Source: Octopus vulgaris (Eukaryota). From it: DNA of 64,000 bases. Where the stretch lies: assembly GCA_951406725.2 (NCBI GenBank), contig OX597815.1, positions 11,718,001-11,782,000 of the forward strand, read 5' to 3'. Of this stretch, positions 26,146 to 39,958 are shown one piece after another; position 1 is the first letter of the stretch; the number at the start of each line of letters is the position of its first letter. A program made the position numbers and the translations under genes. Under the pieces are notes generated by a model. The model was not told where the DNA came from. It did not search any database and worked only from the letters and a program-made list of their open reading frames with translations.

Positions 26146-26533
26146 CTCTCTTTTATTTGTTTCAGTCATTTGACTGCGGCCATATTGGAGCACAGCCTTT
26201 AATCGAGCAACTCGACCCCGGGACTTATTCTTTTGTAAGCCCAGTACTTATTCTATCGGTCTCTTTTGCCGAACCGCTAAGTGACGGGGACGTAAACACA
26301 CCAGCATCGGTTGTCAAGCAATGCTAGGGGGACAAACACAGACACACACACACACATATATATACATATATACGACGGACTTCTTTCAGTTTCCGTCCAC
26401 CAAATCCGCTCACGAGGCATTAGTCGGCCCGGGGCTATAGCAGAAGACACATGCTCAAGGTGCCACGCAGTGGGACTGAACCCGGAACCATGTGGTTGGT
26501 AAGCAAGCTACTTACCACTTGCCCACTCCTGCG

Positions 26534-26535
<2 letters not shown>
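26146..26535 (-). mobile_element. SINE family A
   Basis: Reverse complement of the family consensus, full length. Confidence 0.92.
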
Positions 26536-26601
<66 letters not shown>

Positions 26602-26639
26602 TATACATCATTAAGATTCAGTTGAATTATGTACTTAAG

Positions 26640-26907
26640 TACTCTTTCGATCTCTTTCGAATGCTATGCGCGGAGTTTCGTTCAATACTGATGCAGAATT
26701 GAGAGCTGGGTCGGATCAATTTTTCGAGTCGAAATCGGGTGATTTCTACCAACGAGGTATTGAAAATCCTGTTGAATGTTTGGAAGAAGTTGTAAACAAC
26801 AAGGGTGAATACATTATTCATTATTGATTAATTATTTGTTATTTTTCAGTAAACCATTAAAAAAATTAATAATAATAACGGCGGGAACTTCGTTGCCAAA
26901 CCCAATA
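26640..26907 (+). mobile_element. Mariner transposase 3' fragment with right TIR
   Basis: LFRSLSNAMRGVSFNTDAEL...FFESKSGDFYQRGIENPVECLEEVVNNKGEYII; ends aacttcgttgccaaacccaaTA. Confidence 0.8.
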
Positions 26908-27118
26908 CCATACTACTAGACCTTGAAAGATTCCTAATATTCGCTACCTTATTTATACGTAAGCCGAATATTTCATAATATTGTCACATCCTATATATTA
27001 GAATCCATTCGATCGCACTTCAGTGTGTTTAGTAATGTTAAATTTATAGCCATGTATTCAGTACGTATCCCTGGGCCGAGCAGAACTCGATATTTTAAAG
27101 CGTTTTTCTCTCTTTCAG

Positions 27119-27215
27119 GCATCCATTAGTCAAGAATTATTCCTCATTTTCTGAGGATTTGGGACCCGAAGAAAAGATCGTAGACGCTGCTCATTCTCTT
27201 CTTACTAATCTATAA
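27119..27215 (+). CDS. Candidate terminal coding exon of an unidentified host gene
   Basis: Strong acceptor tttttctctctttcAG, then HPLVKNYSSFSEDLGPEEKIVDAAHSLLTNL*; no homology recognised. Confidence 0.25.
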
Positions 27216-29665
27216 AACAAAGATCTATGGACGTAGCTGATACATTTTATTTAAATCTTACATGTCCTAAGGAAATGCATTTGTCTCACATGCCTCACGC
27301 TTGCACAATATTATCCATCTCATAGGACACAATGCAGCATAAGATACTATTTCAATCTTCTTATCCACAATGTCACTGCTGTGTCAAGAGATAGACAAAC
27401 AATGCAATTTAGAAATTGAATTCTTCCGAGGAAAATCTCTGAGGATTATAGATTAAGAAGCGTACGGAATTAAACAACGAAATGCATTTGCTTTGAATGA
27501 TAATGTCTAAGTGGTTGATTTGATAATTTATAATTTGAATTGAAGACAAGAGTATCAATATTCATAACAAATTAAAATATAATATTGAAATGTTTTCTCG
27601 TGGGATATTACTCGCTCTAATTCTTGGCAAAGTTTTTGATGCTGTGTTAGAAAATCAAATTTAAATTTTCCAGAGAGAATTTGCATGATGTCATACTTTA
27701 GTTTAGATCTCTTAATGCGTAAAGAAAACAACAGGAAAAAGTCTTATTTATGAGATTATAACTTCCGTCTACGCTTACATACTTACTTCCCAGCATTAAA
27801 CTAAATTTCTTGTAATTATACACTCTTCTGGTTTTCAGTATCAGTAGGCTTTTGACCTTTTTCTCAATTTATGAAACAAAGATTAAGAACTCAATTTTTT
27901 TGCGTATTGCAGGTAGCATGTTATCTAGAAAATTTATCCAAATTTGATTTATGTACCGTAGTTCATTTTCATGTTACAGATGTGTAAAATGCGCAAGCAA
28001 ATATATGTTTCTGACATCTTTTCGCATATGTGAAATTTTTTTTTAAATCCTAAGGTAGCCATGATTACATCAAACTACGTCGACGATTCTAATAGAGAAC
28101 GACATGTCCATAAGTTTCGATTTCCAACAAAGATTAGTCTTCTCACTCAATATGAGAATAATTTCAGAGAATAATTCTTAATTTCTTTCAACAATCTTTC
28201 CGATTCTGCGCAATCGCTAGTAGCCGTCACAAGGACTTTTTTTGTTTTCTTTCGGCAACGAACGAGAAAATAACTTTCAGTTCTGTACATAAAACTTTAT
28301 TTATTTATATCAACCAATTATTTATTCATCGAAATACAAGCTCTTTGAACATTTGGGTTATCATGTCCACCATTACATGTTACAAGTATTTAAATTATAC
28401 GGTCCCAAATTTCTCTCTGTTATAACTTTTCACAGTGATGATGTTGGCCTCAGTAAACCATACCTTGCAACTGATGTCTAACAGACACAAATATATCCAT
28501 AAATTTTCCTCAATATCAATTTCCCTCCACAAAATGACGCTAACCTTGTGGGATTAATTAATACATTCTCAAATTATCCTTCCTTAAAATTGTGAACCAC
28601 TTACACTTGCCACTAGGATATATTTTATTCAGTAAGAAATTCCAATTAAAATAATAACTCTTAGTATATATCATTCAATACATCACCATTTAAAACAATT
28701 ATGGGAAATATAATTCTGAAATATAAGACGGGATATATGAAATTATTCGGGACCCATTCTCATATAAGTGATTCAAGACAATTTCAGCAGGAGTTGAAAG
28801 CAAATAATGGATTTAACTTTCGTAAAACATGTTACAGAAAAGCAACATTCTATATTAAAGAAAATAAATATAAAAAAGCGACAATTTTCAAAAATAAAAA
28901 TATAACTCTTCACTAATGAATAAAATTAAATTTTTAGAAACGATACATGATATTAAATCGACTCTTTATTCTCGACGTTAATTGATAACGACATCATTAT
29001 ATGTTATATCCCATCTCACACAGACAGCTACTTCAAATTTCTTTGAAATGAAATCGAATGAAAATATTAAAACAACATCCGTTTTAAAATGATCAAATCA
29101 GTTTCGAGATGCTTAGTTTTCATTTTGAATTTATTCCTCATGTTCTTGTAGAGTCACTATTTCGGTAAGAAGCTTTGAATTACATTAAAGTGGAATACGT
29201 TAGCCGCTGTCCAAAAATCGATTTTGAGCGATACTCACGCTAATTATTAGTTAGATGGTGTACTACTTCAGAAACTGTACTGCTGTGATCATCCTCGAAA
29301 TATTTAAGCAGAGTAAATAGAACTTGGGGATTTCAAATTTAAGCTGGAGACAGAGATGTTTTAGTTCATTTAGCATTTTTTCTTAGGTATACACATGACC
29401 ATCATATATTTCAATGTTCAGAAGTTCATTAATTAGGGGCAACGTAGTCTACAGTTAAAAAATTAGAATTAACAGGGATTACATATTTTGCATGAGTAAT
29501 GTTTATCTACTGCATGGTAAAAATTTAAAAATACATTAAATATATTACACATACATGTCAATAGTTGGGTGGAGTCGGTAGTTATCATATTGTTGTACTT
29601 GTTTTCTATTTAAAACGTCTTGAAAATAAAACATTTTTAGTGAAGGTATAAAAGTTATTTCTTAG

Positions 29666-29769
29666 ATAATGGACTGCATACAATGAAACATATTAATAAT
29701 ACCACCGTATCCCAAATCAATGTGAAGAATCTCTACCGTAATATGTATAAGTTAAATCCGTTCCAAAAT
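29666..29769 (+). CDS. Candidate internal exon (104 nt)
   Basis: tttcttAG acceptor, open frame NGLHTMKHINNTTVSQINVKNLYRNMYKLNPFQN, GTAAGT donor. Confidence 0.25.
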
Positions 29770-29884
29770 GTAAGTTATTCCTACAAAACGTAAGTTATTC
29801 CTACAAAACGTAAGTTATTCCTACAAAATGTAAGTTATTCTTACAAAACGTAAGTAATTCCTACAAAACGTAAGTTATTCCTAC
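29765..29884 (+). repeat. 20-bp minisatellite, six copies (GTAAGTTATTCCTACAAAAC)
   Basis: Direct observation; few substitutions between units. Confidence 0.95.
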
Positions 29885-30269
29885 TGCTTATAGATGGTAT
29901 GACTACATTAATTTTCCTTCCCAATATTAAGTTTGTTTTCTCTCTAAGGTTCTAAATCTATTTTTATAATTTTCACTTCGCACTTCGTTGGTCTTAATAA
30001 CTGCAAATATTCTTACAGCAAAGTTTCTGCCGCAGACCAAGTGGACCCATGTAACATAGAATCCTTTCAGTGTATACATATATCCAAAGTATGTACCGTA
30101 AGAAAGAGATGCCTGACTCTCTGAAATGAGATTTACCACATGAGGATTTATCTGACATTCTGATCGGTGGTTGGCTTTATTTCATTTACTGGGAAGGAAT
30201 CAACAGTACTTGTCTACCGCGTACTTCATTATAATCATATCCAAAGTGAGTACATAAAATAAATAAAAA

Positions 30270-30470
30270 ATCGGCTTCATGACTGGTCAGAAGATCCTGT
30301 GATGCTACCAGCTGCTATTGCTCGCAGTAAATGTTGGTGTATCTACAATGGCTGTTTCACAAATTTTAAAGATGAATGCTTGTAACTAACTTTGAAAAAT
30401 AGACTAACATAAGCCTTTACTAAGAAAACAATTAAATAGAAGATGCATAGAAAGTAAAGCCAATCGGAAT
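30270..30470 (+). mobile_element. Possible Tc1-like transposase HTH remnant
   Basis: Decayed VGVSTMAVSQIL and KPLL-type fragments. Confidence 0.25.
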
Positions 30471-30699
30471 ATATTTCGAGATTAACAGAATTAGATTCAA
30501 CAAAATGTTCTAATTAATCAATGTTGAGGCATTTGACCTCTTATATTTAGTTATTTCTGTTTGATAAATATATACATTAAATCAGAAGGTGTACGTCAAT
30601 ATACATACATATATAAATATATATGTGTGGGTGTGTGTCTGTATATGTATGTAAATATATCAGTCACTGTCTATATCTCATTTAGAGAATTATTATTGC

Positions 30700-30787
<88 letters not shown>

Positions 30788-31190
30788 TACATATATACAT
30801 ACATACATGGGCCGGTGTGTGTGCACATAGAGGATAATTCAGTGAAGTATTGATTACTATCAATTAGATGCCTGTTATTAAATTTCCGCCGTCGATACTT
30901 TTAATTAAAATTTGTTGTTTATTTAGATGTTTTCTAAAATTGCATCCGTTCGTCATTCATTTTACATTTCCCATTAGCGTTCTCAAACTGGCCAATGCAT
31001 GATGCAGAAATAATGGTAACCAGAAAACTCATATGTAGTTTTCATCAATCACCCAACCAATTTTGTTGCTGTGTTCACATAATAATCTATTTAGATGTTA
31101 CTAGTAATCATTTGTTGTTTGTAGAATATTCTTTGTTCATATACACATGCACACACCGAAATCTCATTCTAATATATATATGTATGTATG

Positions 31191-31245
<55 letters not shown>

Positions 31246-31350
31246 ATATATATATCTATCTGTATAAATGCATATATATATATATGAATATATATGTATA
31301 TATATATGTGTGTATATATATGTATATATATGAATATATATATGTATATA

Positions 31351-31434
<84 letters not shown>

Positions 31435-31465
31435 CATATATATTTTTAAATTTTAAAATTTTTTT

Positions 31466-32368
31466 TAAGTTTCAGCTCAGAGCCGCCGCCATGCTGATGC
31501 ACCGCCGTTTTGCGCTACACTGTTACTACTAGGAGCCTCCTCTAATATGTGGCACTTGATGAAGAATGGAGTTTGATATAGCTACCCTCATTTGAGCCTC
31601 TTGCCGTGACTGGGACTCTTGACAGGAAGAGGTTCAGCTTTGATTTAGAAACCCCTACATATACTTTGTGCAAGTTCCTCAGACACTTTGGGAGAATATT
31701 AAAAAACTGTGTGTCCTTGAAACCCAGGCTGTTGCAGTAACTGGTCCTGAAGCGTGATGGCATTGCTGAGGTCTTTGGCACCATGCAATGTCGTACTGTT
31801 CTGGCATTGGTGTAGCTTTCAATGACAAAATTTGCACGATTCCTTCCAGGATCTTCCAGATATATATTACTGTATACCTCTCCTGTCTTCTCTCCAGAGA
31901 GTAGAGTCTTAGCTGTTTCAGCCATTCCCAATAGCTGAGCTGTTGCAAAGAGACAATCTTCTTTGTGAATCTTCTCTGGATTGCTTAAAGGGCCGCTGTT
32001 AATCTCACGCTAGTGGGTGACCATAGCTTTGAGCAGTAATCCAGGCGGCTGAGGAAGAATGTCCGCCAGAGGACCATCATGGTTTCCTTATCTCTGGTTC
32101 TGAATGTTCTTAGAATCCATCCAGCCAGTCGTCTGCACTTTGTCGCCATCCTGGTAATATGCACTTGGAAAGAGGTATCATGACTGATGTCGATACCCAG
32201 GTCCCTCACTGACTTAGGCTCTGGAATTGAAATTCCCTGTGGACCGGTGTACCCTGTAGGTTTAATATTCAGGTTTGGATGCTGGTAACGCAGGGCCTGG
32301 AATTTTTCAGCATTAAACTGCATGTTATTGTCCTCAGCCCATCTGTAAATTGAGTCCAACTCCTGCTG
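31466..32368 (-). mobile_element. CR1/L2-group LINE, RT C-terminal part and 3' end
   Basis: QQELDSIYRWAEDNNMQFNAEKF; VRDLGI; GWILRTF...SRLDYCSKLWSP; LSYWEWLKQLRLYSLERRQERY; FFNILPKCLRNL; 3' stem-loop then an A-rich tail. Confidence 0.9.
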
Positions 32369-32369
32369 C

Positions 32370-32776
32370 ATGAGAATATACCGCCAACTTTGCCCAGACG
32401 ACCTGCAAATTAGCTTCAAGGTTCATCCAAGACTGGGACCACGAACCATACCTCCCCTGCCCAATTCAAGATCACAGCATACATGTACACTGCAACATAA
32501 TTTCTTTTCCTCAACAGGCCCTGCTCTATTTAACATTGTCCCGAAAGAGATCAAAGAGAAAAAGGATCCCATCAACTTTAAACGGAGTCGGGATAGATTC
32601 CTTCAAGGAATACCAGATAAGCCACCCATAATTGGATACAACTCACCTAACAAAAACTCACTACTTGAATGGACCATAAACAAAACTTGACTTAAACAGG
32701 ATTCAGATAATCCTGTCAGGTGGTGCTATTAATTTAGACATGGCCTGGACCAATCTTTGGTCGAAACATATCTAAG

Positions 32777-32778
<2 letters not shown>
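32370..32778 (+). mobile_element. CR1/L2-group LINE 3' fragment (second subfamily)
   Basis: GPALFNIVPKEIK...FKRSRDRFLQGIPDKPP...NSLLEW; ends at (TA)n. Confidence 0.85.
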
Positions 32779-32843
<65 letters not shown>

Positions 32844-32877
32844 GGGGGGTGTATATATATAAATATATATATATATG

Positions 32878-32952
<75 letters not shown>

Positions 32953-33166
32953 ATATATATATATGTATGTATATATAAATATATATAGACGTATATTTAT
33001 AGATGTATTTCTATAGATATACATGAATATGTATACATGTATGTCTAGATGTATATATATATATAGATGTACATGTAATATATACACATATATATACACA
33101 TATATACATGCATACGTATATACACGCATGCATACACTTTCACCCACGCACCCACACACATACATA

Positions 33167-33478
33167 GGTGCAGGTTTGGCTCTGTAGTAGCAAACTTGGT
33201 TCCAAAACACATGGTCCTCAGTTCAGTCCCACTGTGTGGTAACTTGGCATGTGTCTTCTGCTAAAGCCTCAGACCAACCAAAGCCGTGTCAGTGGATTTT
33301 GTAGACATAAACTGAAAGAAATCAATTGTATGTATATATATATATATATAAGTCTATGTTTGTGTCTTTGTGTTACTCCCCCATCACTGCTTCACAACTG
33401 GTGTTCGTTTATTTACATCCCCATAACTTACTGGTTTCACAAGAAGAACCTGATAGAATAAGTACTGGGCTTATCAAA
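33167..33478 (+). mobile_element. Older SINE family A copy, 3'-truncated
   Basis: Degenerate match to the family head and body. Confidence 0.75.
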
Positions 33479-33644
33479 ATATAAAAAAAAAACACTACGC
33501 AGTGCCCCATATTTTTGTTTGCCCACTCAGTTGTATCTATAAATGTGTCTTTGTGTGTGTGTGTGCGTGTGTGTGCGTGTGTGTGCGTGTGTGTGTATAC
33601 ATACATACATACATATATACTTTTACATTTGACTTTTTTTGTAC

Positions 33645-34138
<494 letters not shown>

Positions 34139-34139
<1 letters not shown>

Positions 34140-34800
34140 TAGCAGTAATATCCGTCGTTCATCGGAAAATTACTTTTACTGTTTCTCAGGAGTCACATTC
34201 AAAGTATTACTATATATGTAATAGATTTCTGAACGAGGATTTCAGGGGATGGGGTTCAGGGAGTCGCTGGCGATGTATCGTGATGATAAAAAAACCGGCC
34301 TGCTAAAATTTGGTTAAAGTGATTCAAACTGCGGGCTCAACGCAAAATGGACACATTTAATTCAAAGCGTTAAAAATGTTATGAAAACAATCCGTATGAG
34401 TTCACAAAGTCCAAACGATTAATACCAAAAAACCCTCCAGGCTACATCCCAAAAATTCCTTTCTTTGCCGAATTTCTACAATGTTTACGGCGATTCGTTT
34501 TTGTATCTTGACTTTTTTATTGTTCATGCAATTTACGCATGCTTACACGCGTGGGGAACACAGTTCACGTCAAACAGCTGACTGAGTAAAGTTCACTATT
34601 CAATGCATGGGATAAGGCCTAAACAAACACATTATCGATTTTTGCACTTGCTAGATGAATTTCGGAACAGAAATAGCGCAGTTCAATTTTCATTCACCTA
34701 GACTTTCTACGATTTGTTAGCTAAGAGGAGATGTGCCGGGAAGTTAAACTCACAGACACACACACAGATACACAAGTTGAGTTTGATATATATATATGGA
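34139..34800 (-). mobile_element. Non-autonomous Helitron
   Basis: Minus-strand 3' end ccgatgaacgacgg-atattactg-CTAG|T (imperfect hairpin + CTAG); 5' end resembles A|TCCATATATAT...tgtgtgtgtgtctgt, similar in organisation to the element at 553. Confidence 0.6.
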
Positions 34801-34854
34801 TTTCTTAGACAAGGACTGAAACAAATCAATCGTATATATATATGTAAGCGTATG

Positions 34855-35388
34855 TGTTTTGGTATTGGCAACATTAAGGACAATGGTCAGAGACTACTTG
34901 AATTTTGCACATACCATAACCCGTGCATCACCAACACATTATTTGCCAACAAGACATCCCACAAGTCATCTTGGAGACATCCAGTATCTCAGCACTGGCA
35001 TCAGCTGGATCTCATCATTACACGAAGATCCTTTCTGAATTCTGTTCAATTGACCCGTAGTTACTCCAGTGCGGATTGTGACATACATCATTCACTAATA
35101 AGAAGCAGGGTGAGGATTCTGCCTAACAAAGTCCATCACTCCAAGAAAATAGGCCGACCACGCATTAACACTGCCAGAACCTCGGACCCTACAGTGCGAA
35201 AATGTTTTGCTGTTTCCATCAAGGTTGCCCTCAGTAGCTGCCCAACATCCTCTGCTGAAAGTAGGTGGAATTATATCAGGAAAGCTTTCGGCATGAGAGA
35301 AAGGCAAAACCCAGATTGGTTCAGTGCTGGGCTCTCAGAGCTGGAAACAGTTATCGAAGCAAAGCGTGCAGCTCTGATGCAATACAAA
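34855..35388 (+). mobile_element. RTE-clade LINE fragment (AP endonuclease C-terminal part)
   Basis: DNGQRLLEFC...ITNTLF...SWRHPVSQHWHQLDLIITRR...TRSYSSADCDIHHSLI. Confidence 0.88.
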
Positions 35389-35389
35389 A

Positions 35390-35640
35390 GATCATTCTTA
35401 AATAATTTTCAGTTCCTTTTTGGATCATTCCAAGTGCTCCTACAATCACTGGTATTGTAACCACCTTGAGATGCCACATCTCGATTTCGATTAGCAAAAT
35501 TTTACATTTTCTGAGCCTATCAAATTTTTTTGCCGAGATATAATATTCACAGGGTATGCTCATTTCAGTCAATAAACGGTCTTTCACAAAAAAATTTGGT
35601 TTATTTGCTTTGATGGTCCAGTCTGTACTTACTGGAAAGT
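35390..35640 (-). mobile_element. RLE-type non-LTR fragment (diverged R4/Dong-like subfamily)
   Basis: TIKANKP; IEIEMWHLKVVTIPVIVGALGMIQKG. Confidence 0.7.
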
Positions 35641-36435
35641 CTCAAATCCGTGTGACAGAAGCCAAAATTTCGAACAGATGGAATTCCTTATTTATACCGA
35701 GTTCAGCAAAATAATGCTTTGGAATGAAAACATTTGACAGAAATGCTTGAGTCTGTATTAAGCAATGGCTATATTTACATCCCATAGGATTTTAGGCATT
35801 AATTTTCTAATAGGATCTAATCCCCCTAAGCCTGATTAAAATCCCTGCTTACAAATGTAGACGCCAATAATGTAAAGATTAATTGGAGTACATTCAGGAA
35901 AATAAATAATTTCATACAACAAACTGTCAACAGATATATCTTCATAATCAAACCTGATTTGATGTTAATGCAATGATAAAGAACGATTGATTATATACCT
36001 GAATTAGCAAATTTGGTTGATATAGTTCTAAGAAACCTTCACATACTGAAATTTGTAATTACACTCATTAGTGTGGTAATTATACATATATTTATAATTA
36101 ATTTTCGCCGTGTGAAGTGCGTCTCAGATAGCCAAGACACTAATTAGATACTTCAATTTTAACGTGTGTCTGAACGCCACTATTTATTTCTCTATAAAAT
36201 TGCCTGTATAGACCCAAAATAGAATCTTATACAAAACAGACTTAGACCTCTATTGTCCGTCTCGGATGAATGAAAAAAAAAACTATAGGAAGTGTATAAA
36301 GCGAATGGGTTAACAAAAAGAACGTCTTACAAATAAAATACACATTGTTACATCGTAAATAAAATAATCAAAAACTTTGAGGCATAAACTAACAACCGTT
36401 ACACACACACATACACACACACACATACCACACAC

Positions 36436-36492
<57 letters not shown>

Positions 36493-36493
<1 letters not shown>

Positions 36494-36717
36494 GAGCTGG
36501 CAGAAACGTTAGCGCGCCGGGCGGAATGCTTAGCGGTATTTCGTCTGTCGTTACGTTCTGAGTTCAAATTCTGCCGAGGTCGACTTCGCCTTTCATCCTT
36601 TCGGGGTCGACAAATAAAGTACCAGTTTCTCACTGGGGTCGATCTAATCGACTTAATCCCTTTGTCTGTTCTTATTTGCCCCCCTCTATGTTTAGCCCCT
36701 TGTGGGCAGTAAAGAAA
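36493..36717 (+). mobile_element. SINE family B (Nin/Deu-domain)
   Basis: Near full-length match, flanked by (TA)n. Confidence 0.9.
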
Positions 36718-36959
36718 TATATATATATATATATATATAAGCAAAAATATAGTCCATCTGGTGAGGGATAAAAATTATTCGATAAACACAATAATATTTT
36801 TATGAGGTACTGATATTTTCATGTTGAAATCATCTCAGACATCATTTTTTAGCTGATGCCTTCACGCAATCCTCAGCCGGAGAATTTGCGTGAAGAGACC
36901 AGACGAGTTAAAAAATGCTGATTGAGAGCCTTGAGATGCCTTCACGTCATGGATAATAT

Positions 36960-37165
<206 letters not shown>

Positions 37166-39306
37166 CTATCTGTCTGACTGACTAACTGTCTCTCCTATCT
37201 GTTTGAAAGGAAAAGCAGCATCTTTGATCTAGGAAGTATTGTAACCCACAAGAGAAGAAATACCACAACAATTCTTTCATCACTTTTTGCCTTTCCCCCC
37301 CCCCCCCACCCACTAATTGAAACACAAGCGAAGCAATTGTGTGCCACGTCATAAATTACGTGCATCTACTCTGCTACTTATATGATATTACATATTATTG
37401 CACTCGGAAGGATGAAACGTAAATTTTACCTCCTCAGGTTTTGAATCTAAGAAGTAAGTAGTCTGAGTAAATATATATTTATGTGTCAATGTTTTCAAGT
37501 ATGTTTTGTCATTAAAATATGTTATTAGTTCGTATGTGTTTTCATTTTCTTTTATATTCGGTCCATAGTCTCCGGCTTTGGGCAGTGTCTTTAACTATGC
37601 TCTCGAGTCAAATAAAGCTATTTTGTTCTAAGAAAAATGTGTGACAGCTGTAAACTTTATTCAGTAGAATTAATCTGCAATCCTATTTATCACACAGTGA
37701 CATGTGAACTTTTTCAGCAGAGTTCACAATATTCTATTTAAATTTCCATCCTGAATACAATTTCCTATTCCATATATTTTACATGCCGTGAAAAAAACAT
37801 CATATCAGGTACACCATCTTTCGCCGTTAAAATGTCTCAGATAGAATGACAGAGATGAAAATGTGTTATTTTAAATAAATGATTTCATTAAGGTTAATTA
37901 AAGAATATTATTTGCGCCCATACAGACAGAAACTGATAAAACGGAATACAGATAAAACTACATGTGAATACACAAACACGTATGTACGCATACATACACT
38001 TTCTCATGCATAGTAACTAAACGTAACAATTATACAGGTGTAATCGTTCGTCATCTTTTTGATGTTGCATTACTGATGTCGTTATATCCTGTGTTAAACT
38101 ATTGACTTTTAACTATAATTCCTCTTGTTTTTGAAGCACACGAAATAAAACAAAACTTGGGAAACCATTAGTACACAATACAATTAACTCATACGATGTT
38201 TTTCAACTACAAAATTAATTATGGAAGCCTTACTAACAGTACAGTAAAACATTAATTGGAAGATAATGCACTCTACTAATAAGCAAAGGTGACTTTATTT
38301 ACTGAAAGTGAAGTGAAGATGGCATATATACAGTGACATTAGCAAAGTCCAGTATCATTTTCAAATAAATGTGCTCCATTCGAATTAATTGATTCGAAAT
38401 GTCGATGAATTAGGGATACTGAATTCCTATCCGCTTAAAATAAAACGTAAATAAAACCAAACAAAAAGAAAATATGTAAGTAAATATACTATGGTAAACT
38501 TTGTGTATTAACACAAATAGTCATACATGAAACAAAACCATACTGATAAGCTGCAATCTCTATGCATCATATACAAACTGCATAAGAATTTGACTTACAT
38601 TGGGATTTTTTGAATGATTTATTCTTTATCAACGGACACCCTAACTTAATGATGAGAACCACAGCTAAATTAGTCGTAGCAGAATCAACAGAAACTTTAG
38701 GTCGGTCATTTCATAGAAATCATTGCCATACCCGAAGTAAAATGTATTAACAGGCAGCGTTAGTCATTTACATAGTTCGCAAATACAAATTATACTTCAA
38801 CGAATAGCGATAACAGCACTTCTAACAGAAGCTGGCCCACGTCTAAGATGATAGGCATGAATTATTGTTATAATTCAAATTTGAGTAGAAGAGCTCAGCA
38901 ATTTGATGGCGACAGTTATCCCTATACACAGGAACAGCCATATCAGTAGACGCTGTTTTCAAGTCAAAAGGTTCCAATATACTTGTTACGACTTCTTAAT
39001 TTTAAATCACACGGGTGAATGTACATAAATTTGAATATGAATTTATCATGATTAATGAAATAAATTACACCACAGGCATACTTATCCCTTATACAGTCAT
39101 ACAAATGAAAATGTTCAGGCTAAGTGTAGAACCATGGCCACAGAAGAAAAGCTAGAAATGTGGATCACCGTGATCCATAATGAAAGTTTATACATTTCAG
39201 TTGGCTGTAGAGTTTAAAAAATGGGTCTCACATAAATACATACATAGATACGTATATGCATGCATGAATACATACATACATACATACATGCATACATACA
39301 TACATA

Positions 39307-39575
39307 CTCTATCCAGATTACAAGTTCAAGATTATACTTGTAATTATTGGCGCACTGGGCTATGTAAAACACTGCCCAAATACCAGTCTTGAGAAATTAG
39401 GCTTCTCAAAACCAGAAATGAGAAAACTGATTCAAAAACTGCTGATCCAAGCAATCAGTGGAACTGTAAAAATCTGTAAAACTTTCCAGAAGTTTATCAT
39501 TCAAACATGTGTGAGCATGCAACTTTAGGCATTAGAATACATACATAAAACAAAACATTCAAATTTGCACATATA
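39307..39575 (+). mobile_element. RLE-type non-LTR 3' fragment adjoining (TACA)n
   Basis: Unlisted open frame 39307-39528 LYPDYKFKIILVIIGALGYV...LIQKLLIQAISGTVKICKTF, resembling the IxGALG / Q...GTxxI C-terminus of RLE elements. Confidence 0.65.
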
Positions 39576-39744
39576 CATACATACATACATACTTAGATAC
39601 ATACAAAAATACTCTGTTGTTGAGTATTTTAGAGCCGTGCATCTAAGTTAGTAACCGGCTCATGATTTGGTTATAGAAATCACATGTTCGTGCCGCAGAT
39701 TAGCTCACTCCCTCCATTAAATCGGCGCCGCCTGAACAAATACA

Positions 39745-39898
39745 TGGTGTACTGCGCGTCAGATATCGGAGTGGTCTTAGAGCAACGTGAGTTGAAGTGT
39801 TTTGCTCAAGGACATAATGCGCAACCCGGTCTAGGAATTGAAATCATGACCTAGCGATCGTGAGTGCAAGACCTTAAACAGTAAGCGGTGCACCTTCA
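39745..39898 (-). mobile_element. tRNA-derived SINE family C (tgtccttgagcaaaacactt-type core), head fragment
   Basis: B-box-like tttcaattcc followed by a V/Meta/CORE-like core; related to 47120-47405. Confidence 0.6.
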
Positions 39899-39908
39899 TT
39901 TATATATA

Positions 39909-39958
<50 letters not shown>

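Noticed and set aside
29765-29884. Regular short repeat as a possible CRISPR array
   Set aside because: Units are contiguous with no spacers, there are no cas genes, and the context is eukaryotic.
32735-32775. cctggaccaatctttggtcgaaacatatc as a hammerhead
   Set aside because: It has a stem and GAAAC but no CUGANGA core; better explained as the LINE 3' recognition stem-loop.
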